From positions 116,632 through 180,631 of the forward strand of contig NMRA01000391.1 of the NCBI GenBank assembly GCA_002633005.1: DNA of 64,000 nucleotides, written 5' to 3'. A model generated the notes under the pieces. The model searched no databases and was not told the origin of the DNA. It worked only from the letters and a program-made list of their open reading frames with translations. Positions within the stretch are counted from its first letter, which is position 1, and the number at the start of each line of letters is the position of its first letter. This stretch comes from Phoronis australis (Eukaryota; Animalia; Phoronida). Shown here piece after piece: positions 1 to 34,062 of this stretch. The position numbers were made by a program, and so were the translations under genes.

Positions 1-50
1 GAAGATTTCTAAGTGCTGGACATCCAGGGCTGGCCAAGAGCTCTGGCAGA

Positions 51-146
51 TGACGTCATCTGAAAGTTCGAAGCCAATCATCGTTTAGTCCCTGTTTTTG
101 CACCAGACACCCAACTTCAGCTGGGAATGGACGGCCATCTTGGTTT
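51..146 (+). promoter_or_regulatory. Putative MARK/par-1 proximal promoter elements
   Basis: TGACGTCA (CRE-like) at 51-58, CCAAT at 74-78, GCCATCTTGG (YY1-like) at ~135, about 300-400 bp upstream of the first coding exon. Motif matches only. Confidence 0.35.
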
Positions 147-464
147 CGGGAAGTAAATTTTTATGGATTTTCGAGCGTAAACTTGGAGTATTTCAGTGGA
201 TTATTATTCCAAATGGTGTCGCCTTTCAATGCTACTCCACCAAAGCTTCTGTTAATGTTGGTTGCTGATCACAGATGGGAAATTTTATCAGTGGTTTCGC
301 CAAATTCAAGGACGATTGTGAGAGGAGGCAGTGTTTGACATTTTACCGGAAGAAGTGAACTCTTCGTTGCAGAAATTATTCTGCATTTACTTGCTGACCA
401 TCTTCATGCATGCACGTAGTCGGCAACCCTAAAAGAAACCCATAAGTGTTGGTATAAATCAAAA

Positions 465-22590
<22,126 letters not shown>

Positions 22591-24586
22591 TGGTGCAATG
22601 GATCAGACTAGTTTGTATAAAATGAATAAGTAGGAAAGTAATTGTGTGGTATTTAACTGAGTAAGTATAGAAGTCTGAAGATCATGTTGTATTATATCTC
22701 ATAAAAGTGCATAAATTCATTGCTTAGGTATAGTTGATTGTTCTCCTTGGGTTTATAATTAGACGTAGAGCTGTTTTGGCTCTTCTTATGACATGGTCCC
22801 ATTCAACTGTGCCTAGTGTTTGATTTATTAACAGAATTGACCAATCATGGTACTGGCCACTCACCGTCATTGAATTGTTGAAACACTGATGGTTACCAGC
22901 CATTGATTAGGTCACTCTTTAACAACTTACTGTTGTTACATTATAGTTTTACACGTTGGAATGGAAAACTCTGTCTTGTCAGCTTTTTGTAGAAGTCTGT
23001 GGCAAAGCCTTCACTAAATTAACCCCCTTGCTTGTGTGTCTTGCTTTGTCAAGAAAGCAATGATCTGTGAAATTTTATATTTTGAAGTTGATCAGCACTT
23101 AAGCTCTGGCTTGCTGTTCACAATTGAGGAAGCAACTTTCTTATAAAAATTTGAAGGTGCACAAATATAACCCAGTCATAGGTACAATCCAGTCCCGAGG
23201 CTTAGTGCAAGGTTACAGCTGATTTGTGATTTTTGTAAAATGTACTATTGAAAATTGTTGTATTAGTCCTAGATGTCACACATTATAGTACGAGTCACAT
23301 ACTAACTGTACAATTAATGCTAAGTGCACAGCAGCTAGGATAAGTTCTGTATACTTAGTGCAAGGAATTGACAACTATGGGTTTTTGAATGTTTATTAAT
23401 TACTGAAGCACGCAAATTGGGCAATACTATTCACCTCCTAGTGATGAAATAAAGACAGATCACAGTTGTATAAATTATTTTAACATCCTTGTATCGGTCA
23501 TTTGTTACGCAAAATGAAAATGTTTACACACTATTGTGCTTATGCATTGCACAGATATTAAGACTACTCCACAAAGTTCGCCTCCACAAACAGTATTGCA
23601 CAAAGAGAACCATTTCACTATTCAACAGCATTACCCAACATTCATTGAGGTGCAATTTACACAATTGGGACAAGGTTTCCACTCCACTTGAAAAAGGATA
23701 ACAATTGTTACCTAACGTGGAAAACTTGTAAAAATGTTAGAAGCGACAAGACACATGGAAATGCTCACTTTGGGTGTCATCTTGAGAATTCAGACCTTCC
23801 GTCATGCTCTGTAGCAACCACTACAGCAAAAATTCTTGAATTAGAGACAAAAACAACTGCCAAAGCTACCATATTTCTATTTCAGCTAACCATGCTGCAA
23901 AAGCTCAAATTTTTACCAAATGTACACAATGAGAATTTATTTTTTCTGAAGCTATTTTTGTTGAGAAAATAAAATTTCACCTCCACTTGGAAAACTAACA
24001 GAAACTAGAATTGAAACCAAATGAGTCCAAAATGAGTTTGATAGTTGGAACCCAGCACCAACAACAATCTGGCCAAAAGTACATTCTATAATGTGCGTCC
24101 CTGGTGGTGATGCGTATTGGCTTGTATACTTGGGTAATGGCAACAAAACGCAAAACATGTTGCGCAATCTTGGGGAGTTAGTAGACAATACACTGGGCAC
24201 GCTGTTGTTACAGATTTGATAAGTCTAGTAGAAAAAGTGAAAACAAACGTCTGTTTGGGAACTTAATAAATCTCAGCTTAATGCTAAAGAACATGAAATA
24301 GCGTCTTCTGCCAAAGACCCTAGCATCATGACCAGATTTGCCTGACTGAATGACCCCAAATAAAATATTCCACGACTCGACAGTTTTAAGTCCTATGCTG
24401 CACTAATCTGGTCAAGCTGAAACAGTTTATTTAAATCAAGTTAGTGACAGCAAATCTTCCTGTTACACAACTGTGCCATTATGTAATTGCGAACACCAAC
24501 TTCCCATATCAAAATGACTTCTACCCCAAAACATGAATCAAAGCAATGCATTCCATGTGGCTTCAATACATGGTCTGAAATCTGAT

Positions 24587-27500
24587 TTACTGCAAAGACT
24601 GAACCAGTTCTACCAATGAAATTGCCATTTCATATTCTGAATGTCCTTCAGCCAGATTGTTTACAGTTTGTGCCACAAGCTTGGCAGTGTCCATCAAGGG
24701 TACATTGGCATGGCGCAGTTGACTGGAGTCCAAACTTTTCAGCCATGTGCTGAGCTTTGGGGACATTCTAGACAAAATTTCTGAGCTTCCAGGTGGATCA
24801 CAACGTAAAGTGAAATGGTTAAGTCGCAAGCCGCAGGTGAGAAGGAGCTGTGATCCCATGACCTCATGGTCAGTAATGGCAAGCAGGCTCTCTTCTGCCA
24901 TCCTGTCGTATCCACTTGAATAAAGCTCCTGCACATATTGCCTTCTGTAATATTCTGGGTCTATTTGAAAGTCCTTCGCCAAAGACATCACTAAATGGTA
25001 CCACCTCATTAACAGGCTTTTGAAGTCGTTCCCCATTTCTCTGTCTTCATCAAGAGGAAGGACACAAACGGCCTCAGTTAGGACTCTGCCCAGAAATAGT
25101 CTACGCTTATTGCAAATAGTCACGTCCATGTCTTTGGAGAAGTAAGGATGCGATGTCAACTCGACAAAAAGAGCCTTTTGCCCCTTGCTGTCAAAAAGTG
25201 ACAGTGGTTTGGCAGACTTCATAGAGAAGGTAGAAATGGCAAGAAGAAGCACAGCTAAGTGATAGTGATGTTTGAGCAGTATGTAGTTAGTGCTGGGTTG
25301 GTCAATAGCTAGTTCAACTAGTGAGACAGTCCCGTGGCTTTGATTCCACAGCTCATCAGCATTAAACACTGGCACATCATTTGCATCACAATTTGCCTGC
25401 ATGAAAATATCCAGCAGTTCACATACAGACTCCAAGAAGTGCTTCAAGCAAGTGTCGGTCATCCCAACATCACGCTTACAAAGTCGTTCTTTGGGGGCCT
25501 TGCCCACCTTCTCCATTAGGGTTGCTGCTGCAGAAACATTCTTTGCAATGAACACTGACCACATTAAACTGCACGTTCCATGCTGAAGTACGGAGTTCTG
25601 TACGAGCTTCAGGAAATCAATGGCCTTCGATAAGTTTGCGTGAAGTTCAACATCTTTGTTCCACAAAACTGTGTACTCCCAGCAACAGTTAATCATCAAA
25701 GCGTCATGTGTCAAACTCTTAGGAAAGTGTGCATACACATTAGCCATTCTCTCCACAATCTCTTTTCCCATTAGCTCCCCAGATTGCTGTTCGTGACTAC
25801 TTGACACAGCTGTCTCACTTTTAATCACATCAGAAGGTCGGAGACTCTTAGAAGCAACCCATTTTGCAATAACCTCAGGAACAATACCCTTGCCCCCTTC
25901 TAAAATCTTGGCAACAGATACATCATGAGCTAATTCTTGCCCAGATCGAAACAAACTGGACAAAACCAGGCAATCCTCGAGTCTCCGTATCAACGTGTTA
26001 CACTCTTCCACCTCAAAACTGACACTCTCCCAACCAGAATGCAGTTCTTCGCTTGACGAATGTTGCGCCTGACTCCTGTCATAAGACAGGCAGCGACAGA
26101 CAAGACTCATGGTAAGGGCTGCAGACAAGTGTGTAGCTCTGGTTAGTTTGGTCTGCATTTGTCTCCACCAGGTGCCCTCATCTGTCTTCTGTTCAGTTTC
26201 ACTTGCGCTTGACAACATTTTCAATAACACCAATAAACCTCTACATTGCGAAAGTGATTTGTCATCTTCCATAAGCCAGTAGTCAGCGAATAACACAATT
26301 AGACTCGACAAAGATATTCCTAACTCTTGCAAAGTGGACTGCAACTGGGGACACAGCTCAGGATTTTGTATCACGGCAGAAAATAAAAACTGCGCCAATT
26401 TGAAACCTCTGTCTGCAGGCAGATCAGGTTTCAGTTTGATATAGTCATTCTCTGCACGCCCAGTTGGACAAATGAAACACCCAAGAAACAACGACACATC
26501 TAACTGATTTTTTGATTCAAAGTGAACGTGTTTAGTGGTATTTGGCACTATGTAACAATCCAGTAATTGATTCATTGTTTGTGTTTGATCAGCTGACATG
26601 CCTAAAACGACAGGAAGTTCCTCCAAGCCAGTTTGATTAGTCTCAGCATCAGTATCAAGGTCTAATATTATGGAGTACGCATCTAAGAGCTTAAGCTGGT
26701 ACTGACAAAACTGTCTCAGAATGTTACCCTCAACATCCAAGTTGTTGGATTCATCAGACAACGGGTGGGGACGGGAACTGGTCAGAACTGCGTGGAAAAT
26801 GTAAGACAGGTCATCAGCAGTGAACACTCTCATCTGGACAATACGCTCAAGAGCTTGTTTCACAATACCAGGGGTCTTTATGGTAACAATAAGCTCCTTT
26901 ATTTGAGTTCTATCTCCACTTTTGTCCTTCAAGCAGGCAACTATTTTTCTGTAGAGGTGAAGATCTCTTGCCCTTTTACTGTTCTTTTCATCCAGAGACA
27001 AGTGAAATGGGATATTGATCACCTTGATCACACCTTCTGAATCAACCAGAAAGCATGGGAAGACTTTACACTTAATCATGCGACATGTGACATTGTTGAG
27101 ACCCATAATGCCATGGTCAGGATATAATAGTTGGCAGCCCTTGCTAACATTAAACGCGGCAACACGATCACCCATCTGAGCTGTCCATACTTCAAGTATG
27201 CCACGTCGTGGGGCATAAATGACTAGAAACACGGCAACCTTGGAGCTTTTGTCTTCCTTAACTTGGATCCAAGCAACTTGTGCATCTCGATAGCCCTTCC
27301 AAACACGCACAGCTAAACCTTTGTGTAAATCGACCAATATCACTCGACCAAAGCTGTCACACGTGGCAGCTAAATTATAGTGTGGAGAAAGTGCAATTGA
27401 CTCACCGCATCGTCGTACATCTGGTAGGCCATATTTTAGTCGTAAAGGAGTCGCTGGCTCAACCTTCACCTTAGCTTTATCTTTGTGGTCATCTGCTGGT

Positions 27501-28546
27501 TTACTACCAAAACCAAACCATTCTCCAGCCACAGAAACTTTACTAAATAGAGCAGATTTCAATTTGCTGGCAACAGCATATGCCATATCAGTTAGTAATG
27601 GTTGACCCGATCCTTCAATGACATCATAAAAGCCTAAAAAGGGACTTGTGCCCACTGTGGCATAGAGTGAATGAGCTGGAGCTGATGGCTTGATAACGGC
27701 ATTAAAACCATCTATGATTGATGCTTTCTGCATTTGATCAAAGGTTGTGTCTGAGACCAAGCCACTACTGACGTGGTCAACAAGCTGTGACTGACCATGA
27801 AAGCCCCACTTCTTGTAGGCTAATGGTGGTGGCTGCACAGCCTCGCCACCACTAGCAACTGCTCTGGCTACTTGGTTTCTACAGGCACGCAGGCACTGAA
27901 ATAGACTGAACCCATCAATTGTAACAATAGCCCTTGGGAATAGTATAGTTAATTCTTCCTGTTGCTCAACCACTGCTGAATACCTCGGTGTTTCATATGT
28001 CCTACATTTCAGTTTAAGCACACGTTCTTCATGAAGAAGCTGTGACAACAGTAATGTGCCAGATTCCGAATACATGTGAACAGAGCCTGACGAGAACCCG
28101 ACTATGACACAAACCCAGTCTGGCGTCCATTGGTTACTCCGCTTTTGTGATGCCAACGGTAAACACAGAATGTCAGTAACAACTTGCCCATCTTCCTGAC
28201 AGACACTGCCACTCCATACGACCTCAAATTTACCAGGTCGCTGTTCATCATCGTAGTCCCATTTGTTATCAAGTATGACAAGTTTCTCCTTGTACCCCAC
28301 AGCCATGCAGTCAAGAGTAGGTGATACACTAACACAGCACTGCTGAAGCCAGTTGGGCTCATCAGTTTTTCCCCTCTCTTCCTCGTGGGTCTCTTCATCC
28401 TCTATCTCCCAGTCCTGGTCCCACTGGTCATCCTCCATGGGGTCATCACTGACCACCGTCTGAATGACGTTCAGCTGGGGAAACAGGAACTTTTTGATTT
28501 GGTTCACATCCAGCAAGGAGGAGATTTCCTCTAATGTGCAAGACAT
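24587..28546 (-). CDS. RAB3GAP2: Rab3 GTPase-activating protein non-catalytic subunit (Rab3-GAP150), 1319 aa, intronless CDS
   Basis: Uninterrupted ORF with family motifs CLPLASQKRS..PDW, IDGFSLFQCLRACRNQVA, PPPLAYKKW, RVWKGYRDAQ, FLVIYAPRRGILEVW, MEKVGKAPKERLC, LSLFDSKG. Confidence 0.95.
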   Translation of the reverse strand: MSCTLEEISSLLDVNQIKKFLFPQLNVIQTVVSDDPMEDDQWDQDWEIEDEETHEEERGKTDEPNWLQQCCVSVSPTLDCMAVGYKEKLVILDNKWDYDDEQRPGKFEVVWSGSVCQEDGQVVTDILCLPLASQKRSNQWTPDWVCVIVGFSSGSVHMYSESGTLLLSQLLHEERVLKLKCRTYETPRYSAVVEQQEELTILFPRAIVTIDGFSLFQCLRACRNQVARAVASGGEAVQPPPLAYKKWGFHGQSQLVDHVSSGLVSDTTFDQMQKASIIDGFNAVIKPSAPAHSLYATVGTSPFLGFYDVIEGSGQPLLTDMAYAVASKLKSALFSKVSVAGEWFGFGSKPADDHKDKAKVKVEPATPLRLKYGLPDVRRCGESIALSPHYNLAATCDSFGRVILVDLHKGLAVRVWKGYRDAQVAWIQVKEDKSSKVAVFLVIYAPRRGILEVWTAQMGDRVAAFNVSKGCQLLYPDHGIMGLNNVTCRMIKCKVFPCFLVDSEGVIKVINIPFHLSLDEKNSKRARDLHLYRKIVACLKDKSGDRTQIKELIVTIKTPGIVKQALERIVQMRVFTADDLSYIFHAVLTSSRPHPLSDESNNLDVEGNILRQFCQYQLKLLDAYSIILDLDTDAETNQTGLEELPVVLGMSADQTQTMNQLLDCYIVPNTTKHVHFESKNQLDVSLFLGCFICPTGRAENDYIKLKPDLPADRGFKLAQFLFSAVIQNPELCPQLQSTLQELGISLSSLIVLFADYWLMEDDKSLSQCRGLLVLLKMLSSASETEQKTDEGTWWRQMQTKLTRATHLSAALTMSLVCRCLSYDRSQAQHSSSEELHSGWESVSFEVEECNTLIRRLEDCLVLSSLFRSGQELAHDVSVAKILEGGKGIVPEVIAKWVASKSLRPSDVIKSETAVSSSHEQQSGELMGKEIVERMANVYAHFPKSLTHDALMINCCWEYTVLWNKDVELHANLSKAIDFLKLVQNSVLQHGTCSLMWSVFIAKNVSAAATLMEKVGKAPKERLCKRDVGMTDTCLKHFLESVCELLDIFMQANCDANDVPVFNADELWNQSHGTVSLVELAIDQPSTNYILLKHHYHLAVLLLAISTFSMKSAKPLSLFDSKGQKALFVELTSHPYFSKDMDVTICNKRRLFLGRVLTEAVCVLPLDEDREMGNDFKSLLMRWYHLVMSLAKDFQIDPEYYRRQYVQELYSSGYDRMAEESLLAITDHEVMGSQLLLTCGLRLNHFTLRCDPPGSSEILSRMSPKLSTWLKSLDSSQLRHANVPLMDTAKLVAQTVNNLAEGHSEYEMAISLVELVQSLQ

Positions 28547-28601
28547 TGTGAGTCACCAGCTAACAATGTTACTGAGTAGTTCTGACAAGCCTCTTGATAA
28601 C

Positions 28602-29650
28602 CTGAAAATCAGAATACGAGTATTAGATTGAGAAATGCACAACTACAAATTCTGAACTTTTTCCTGACTGTATGTAATTAAACGTGCTTCTATTACACAC
28701 AAGAGACTTGAATGTCAGAAATCTGGCATAATCGACGTTTTAGTTTTACTGCTCTTCTCTTTGAAACATACTAACCAAACAAGTACAAATGATATCACTG
28801 ACAACTTGTTAAGCATCATCAGTATATCTATGTTGTGCCATGGATGCGGCAGAAGTCTCATCAAATCTCATTATGAGCTTAGGGGTACACGTGAAGTGTT
28901 CTCTCATGGGCATAAGTGGGAATTAACCAATGATGTCATGCAAGAAAACAAGATTTGAAATGATTCGTAAGGATTGCACATTATGAAACAACAAAATGTA
29001 GATCTCTATGCTGAAAGTCAGTAAGGTCTGTGTGACGTTATCAGTTTGCTTTCTTCACAACACTTAAGAAAAAATTGTGACCGTTTACTATCTAAACCAG
29101 AGAATCTCGATCACAGATACTAGGGGTTCCTAGATACAAGTCCAGGAAAAGAAATTTTACATAAAATATTTAGGTCACAGTAGCGACTAACAGGGAGTGG
29201 ATTGTGAGAATAGATTTGATATTAACCTCAAAATATCTATTTACCTGAATGATATCAGGGTAGCATTGATGCTTTGGCGAAGAGGAAGAGTCGTCACATT
29301 AACACAAGGCAGTCTGAAAATTTATACCACAATATTAGCGTCAAATGGCAGATACAACTGTGTAATAACCCATAAAGTTATCTCACTAGTGAGATAACGA
29401 TTTGGCGGGAAACCGAGGACGGAGTCGAACCCGGGACCTTGAGTTTGCTGGTCACCGACCTTAACCACTACACCACGCAGAGGCTGACGTCATCAAGAGT
29501 GAAAATAGAATACTTAAATGAGCACGCGCAATAATCGCACGTTCAACAAACCGCATTGTACTGTACTTGTACGCTACGAAAAATAAGACACATAATTTCC
29601 ATAAAAATGATATCTTAATTCAGTGAAATTTTTCTCTCATGTCCTCTTAC
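28602..29650 (-). other. Predicted 5'UTR intron of RAB3GAP2
   Basis: Acceptor TTCTGATTTTCAG|G at 28602 (55 nt upstream of ATG) and donor GTAAGAG at 29650 on the minus strand. Confidence 0.5.
29413..29484 (-). pseudogene. tRNA-derived sequence (SINE head or tRNA pseudogene)
   Basis: Minus strand has A box TGGTGTAGTGG and B box GGTTCGACTCC at tRNA spacing, but acceptor and anticodon stems do not pair; perfect 22-bp palindrome GTTATCTCACTAGTGAGATAAC adjacent (29377-29398). Confidence 0.6.
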
Positions 29651-30023
29651 TTGTAAATCACCGATCTCCAGTTTGAATGCGGGTATCGTGTCGTCAGGAT
29701 CTTTGACTTGAGAATTATATTCAGTTACCAGTGGTAACCTACTTTAGCAGACGATAATTTCCCGGTCGAAGCTTAGCGTGTAAAAAACGTGTTTTAAGCT
29801 ATAATAGTTGCTTAACCTTAATTTAGAGATTCACTTCATTTCTATTTTGTTTTAATTTCCAATTGGTTTTGAGTATAAGCATTATTTGACAAAAATAGCT
29901 CGGCTTTTCTTAAAAGGTCACGACCTCCGACCCCGGGCCTCTGACATAGAAAGTAGTTACAAAGCCGAGGCGAGTCGAGAAAGGTAGATCGATTCATTGC
30001 AATGTTTCTCGTTTAGTATGTGG

Positions 30024-30197
30024 TATAAATAGATTATTACATGTTCTCAGTCGTTATCCCCCTTATCTAGAGCCCTCGTGGATTTTGGAGAATTATCACC
30101 CTCGGGGCTGACGCCCCTCGGGCGATAATTCTCCAAAATCCACTCGGGCTCTAGATAACGGGGGATAACGACTTCGCCATGTAATAATCTATATATA
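30024..30197. mobile_element. Palindromic foldback MITE (~175 bp)
   Basis: ATAGATTATTACATG...TCTAGAGCCC...GGATTTTGGAGAATTATC arms mirrored almost perfectly; TA-rich ends; central GGGGC-TGAC-GCCCC hairpin. Confidence 0.8.
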
Positions 30198-31074
30198 TCA
30201 CACCAGTCTTGAGAATTTTGGCATTAATGTGTGTGTCGGTGTGTGCAGGAATGCAAAAAATTCAATGAAAGTCACAAAACACCAGACATCAAGTAGCAGC
30301 TCCATCCGGAGTGTTCAGGCAGGGAAGCAGCCCATCCCCAAATCTGGCAACAATCACATGTTATTTTCAGAGCCTATATCTGCATGGCGACATTGAGCAA
30401 CAGAGCAAGGCAATTTTTGAGGCAGTATACGGATCATATTTTAGCCAATGAACGCTAAACATTCAAGAGATAATGTTTTCCAAGCCACTAAAAGTGGACG
30501 TGTCACTTTTCCTGCAGTAAAACTACGAATGAAAAGGTTATGACAGCAAACAGACCGAACAGAGAACAACATAATTTATGTTGATTTAGGTGCTTTGTCT
30601 GGGGAATATTGTCACATGGTTTTGAAACTGGGTAACAATTCAGGACTTGAAAAGTAGATGTAGGAAAATGCCGGCGAATATTTGACAAACGATTATTACT
30701 AATTTGAAAGAATAACAGGTCCGTCACCTGCTAGCGTTTTTGCTTCAATTTTCAAGGTGCTTATATCTGCTTCAAGCAAATGATAGCAGTAAACTGAATC
30801 AGAGATTCAGCATGTTTTATAATCTGGAAAAACACAACACCTGAAAAGTGAAACAGTTAGTGTAAGTAACTTGATTATAATCTCAAAAGATAAGCGTGGT
30901 TCGGATACTGCACTTAGCCACCAATTATCAGTTAACTGCAGACAGTTAACAAAGAGAACACAGTGCAGACTGCAGAGTGCCTCGGAAAATGCTTGAAAAT
31001 AGCAATTTGTGCAAAAAAATAAAAACAAATATAATGCTCAATCACCATTTTAACCAAAGATAAAACCAAGCATG

Positions 31075-33026
31075 TACGGCATTTTTTCACTCAAATTTAG
31101 ATTTTTTATGTTATGCAATCATATTCACAGAATTTCTTCACCTTTGGCAGATATTTGTATAATGATCTTGTTTTAGCACCGGTACTTATGACATTTATGC
31201 ATTTTAAAGTATGAAAACATGTTAATTATGGCCAGAGTAATCCTTGATATAGCTGAAATTAGACGGAATTTTGTCACTGAAACATTGCATGTTTTTAATA
31301 CCCATGGCATTTAATTAAATCACACATTTAATTGGAATTTACTGTTTTTTCATGATCCTAACATGTATTTCTTGTTTTTCTTCAGGAAATTGCAGGGATC
31401 TGAAAAGTCAAACACAATTTTCAGGCACACTTGCAAAATGATGTCGTTATGCAAAACACGTAAATTTGCATGTGCTCCTTCTCTTACAGCCATGGCTGAA
31501 AAAGAAAAGCATTACTAGTGTTTTGAACTGTTTTTTTACTGGTTGATAGTATATAGAATTTGATTTAGAAACCACATATTTGTACCAGATGTCCTAGTGA
31601 TTGGATTCCTCAACCAAATAATATTGCAGTCACCTAAGAAAAACTGTGTATTCTCCGTAGCCCTGAGTTCCATTAAATTCTTCCATAAATAAAAGATATT
31701 TGATGATGCACATTGGGAATCTTGAAGCTATTTTTGGCCCACAAAAATATTAGACCAAGCCCTGGATTTTAATTGATCATAAGCAAAAATGTCTTTTGTA
31801 TTCCCCGTAGCCCCCAACTTTGAATTGTTAGTACATGGTTTGAAAAAACTTTATCAAGGTGCATGTACTGAGGGAAAAGAAACAAATGAACTATCCAAGA
31901 CAAGAATATTAAAAAAAATATTTGTGGGTGGGATTTGAGGCAAGTTTAGCTAAAATTACTTTTTCAGTTTAAACTCGTTATTAATAAAACATGAATGTTC
32001 TTTGGTCATTCAGGAGTGTTGGCTTTAACAAGTAAATGAATTATATTGCATTGCTCAAGTGTTCACCCACTTACAAACAGGTATCTGCATATTTCGTATT
32101 TTCCGTAGCCCCCTCCATGACCTCTGTGTTATGTGAGATTTATGCATTCAATGTTTCCTGATGATGAAAAGTGCTTTCCTGTATTTTTTTAGGGTAGTTG
32201 ATGGAAATATGCATCCCATTGATGGTGATTTTATGACTCTGATGATAGTTAAGAGCTGAGTATGTCCTAGGATAAAATTTTTATTTCCTTTATGTTATAT
32301 TTTTGTATTTGCACAAGTGTGAAGAAAATTAAGACGGTATTATCTCCCTTTTTCTAAACAGAACTATTTTTTGTAATTCAGAAGTAGAAGTATTGACAAG
32401 TAAATGAATTCTATTCCATTGCTCCAGTATTTTTCTTCCCACAAATAGTTACCTTTGCATTTTGTATTCCCGTAGCCCCTCACTGACCTCAATGTTTCAT
32501 GAGATTTATTTGTGCAAACAATGTTTACTGATAATGAAAAGTGTTTTCTTGTACTTCTTTGATGGTAGTTTATGGAATTAGGCATTCCTTTTGACTGTGA
32601 TGTGACTCTGATGATAGTTAAGCTAAGCATGTCTAAGGATTAAGTATAATTGCTATGTTTTATTTGTATACTCACACCTTGTGAAGCATACACAGGTGTG
32701 AACCTGGTTTTTTATATTGATGTTCAGTGATCAAGTACATGAGTTACCAGAGTAATAAACTTTCTTGTTTCTAAGCCAGATTTAAGTCTTTTCCAACATG
32801 GATGTAACGATACCAATGATGTATTCTCTGTAGCCCACACTTCCTATTTTCGTTACTTCAACAGGCCAAATCTTAAAAACTAAAGGAGGATACTTCACAA
32901 AAATTCTACCTGATATTCCATATGTCATTTTGAATCCAATAAAATAAGTCTCAAAGCTGAAATTAAAACTTCATAAAATGCCATTTCTGAAACAAAAGTG
33001 TGCACCCTGAGTGAAAAAATGCCGTG
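31075..33026. mobile_element. ~1.95 kb non-autonomous TIR element with (C/T)ACGG termini (Chapaev-like)
   Basis: ACGGCATTTTTTCACTCA ... TGAGTGAAAAAATGCCGT; five internal copies of GTATTYYCCGTAGCCC (31648, 31798, 32096, 32464, 32821). No clean TSD. Confidence 0.65.
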
Positions 33027-34062
33027 TACTGAATCGAAATGTCAAATTTAAGATTTACCTAATGCATCTTAAGGTCTTAACTTAGACAAGATGTTGAATG
33101 AAACAATCCCATAGCTGTGGTTTTCAACTACAGCTACAAACACTAAACCGCTGTCACGGACTGAGAAGGCACCAGTCACGTGGTACAAATCCCCCGATTT
33201 CCAAATTAGTGTAGTGCCAGTAACTTGGATATGAATTTGTTAGCTATATAGTTTTTCGCAAGTAAACAGACAGTCCAATTGAGACAGTTACAACTAAAGC
33301 GATGACATACTAACTGGAAGGTACTCAATCTTGTTTATAGCAAGAAAGTTTGCCGCTGGGGAAATAATCAAGGATACCCAACCTTTTATTAGAAATAACA
33401 TAACTAGGACCTCCATCTCCCAGGTGCAAACTAAAATCCCAAATTTGAAAGTGGGTTAGCATGATGAACAACGTTTATTTTGAGAACTTAACTGAAAAAT
33501 CTCATTTTTAAAATATTTTATCTAATTCTAATCGTTTGATTGAGTCTTAGAACCTACAAACATAGGCGTCCTCAGCTTTTGATCATCCCCAATTATCCAA
33601 TACATTGAATACACTATCGTTGAACAAACCACTTCTTTGAACATGTAGGATTCTGTAGCAAAATAAAACTTTTTGTAGAATTCTAGCCCACTTTCGTGAG
33701 GAATTTAATCGCAAAATGCAAACTTTCATAAGGAAACTGGGATTGCAAAATACAAATCTGATCAGTTCCTCTACGACATAGACCTACGTATCATATTTGG
33801 AATTGGACAGAATCAGAATGAATGCGTGGCAGACCGATGGCGACACGCATAGATCAATAATTTATACATAATTCGCACTTCTCAAATAGTCAGAAGTAAA
33901 ACATAAAACTGTTGTGACTCAAATCACCCATATTTCGTCTTAGTATCCCAATGAAAACTTGTGTCACTTACTGGAAAACAACGATACCTCACTTTTCAAT
34001 GGCCAAAACCGGAAATAAAGTTAAGCAAAAGTTCCCGGATATAGGTCAAGTAACTTGCGATC

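Noticed and set aside
29413-29484. Functional tRNA-Ala(AGC) gene
   Set aside because: Acceptor and anticodon stems do not pair; kept only as tRNA-derived repeat.
31648-32840. Spaced 16-bp repeats as CRISPR-like array
   Set aside because: Spacing is 150-370 bp and irregular, intervening sequences are partly homologous, and the array lies within TIRs of a transposon.
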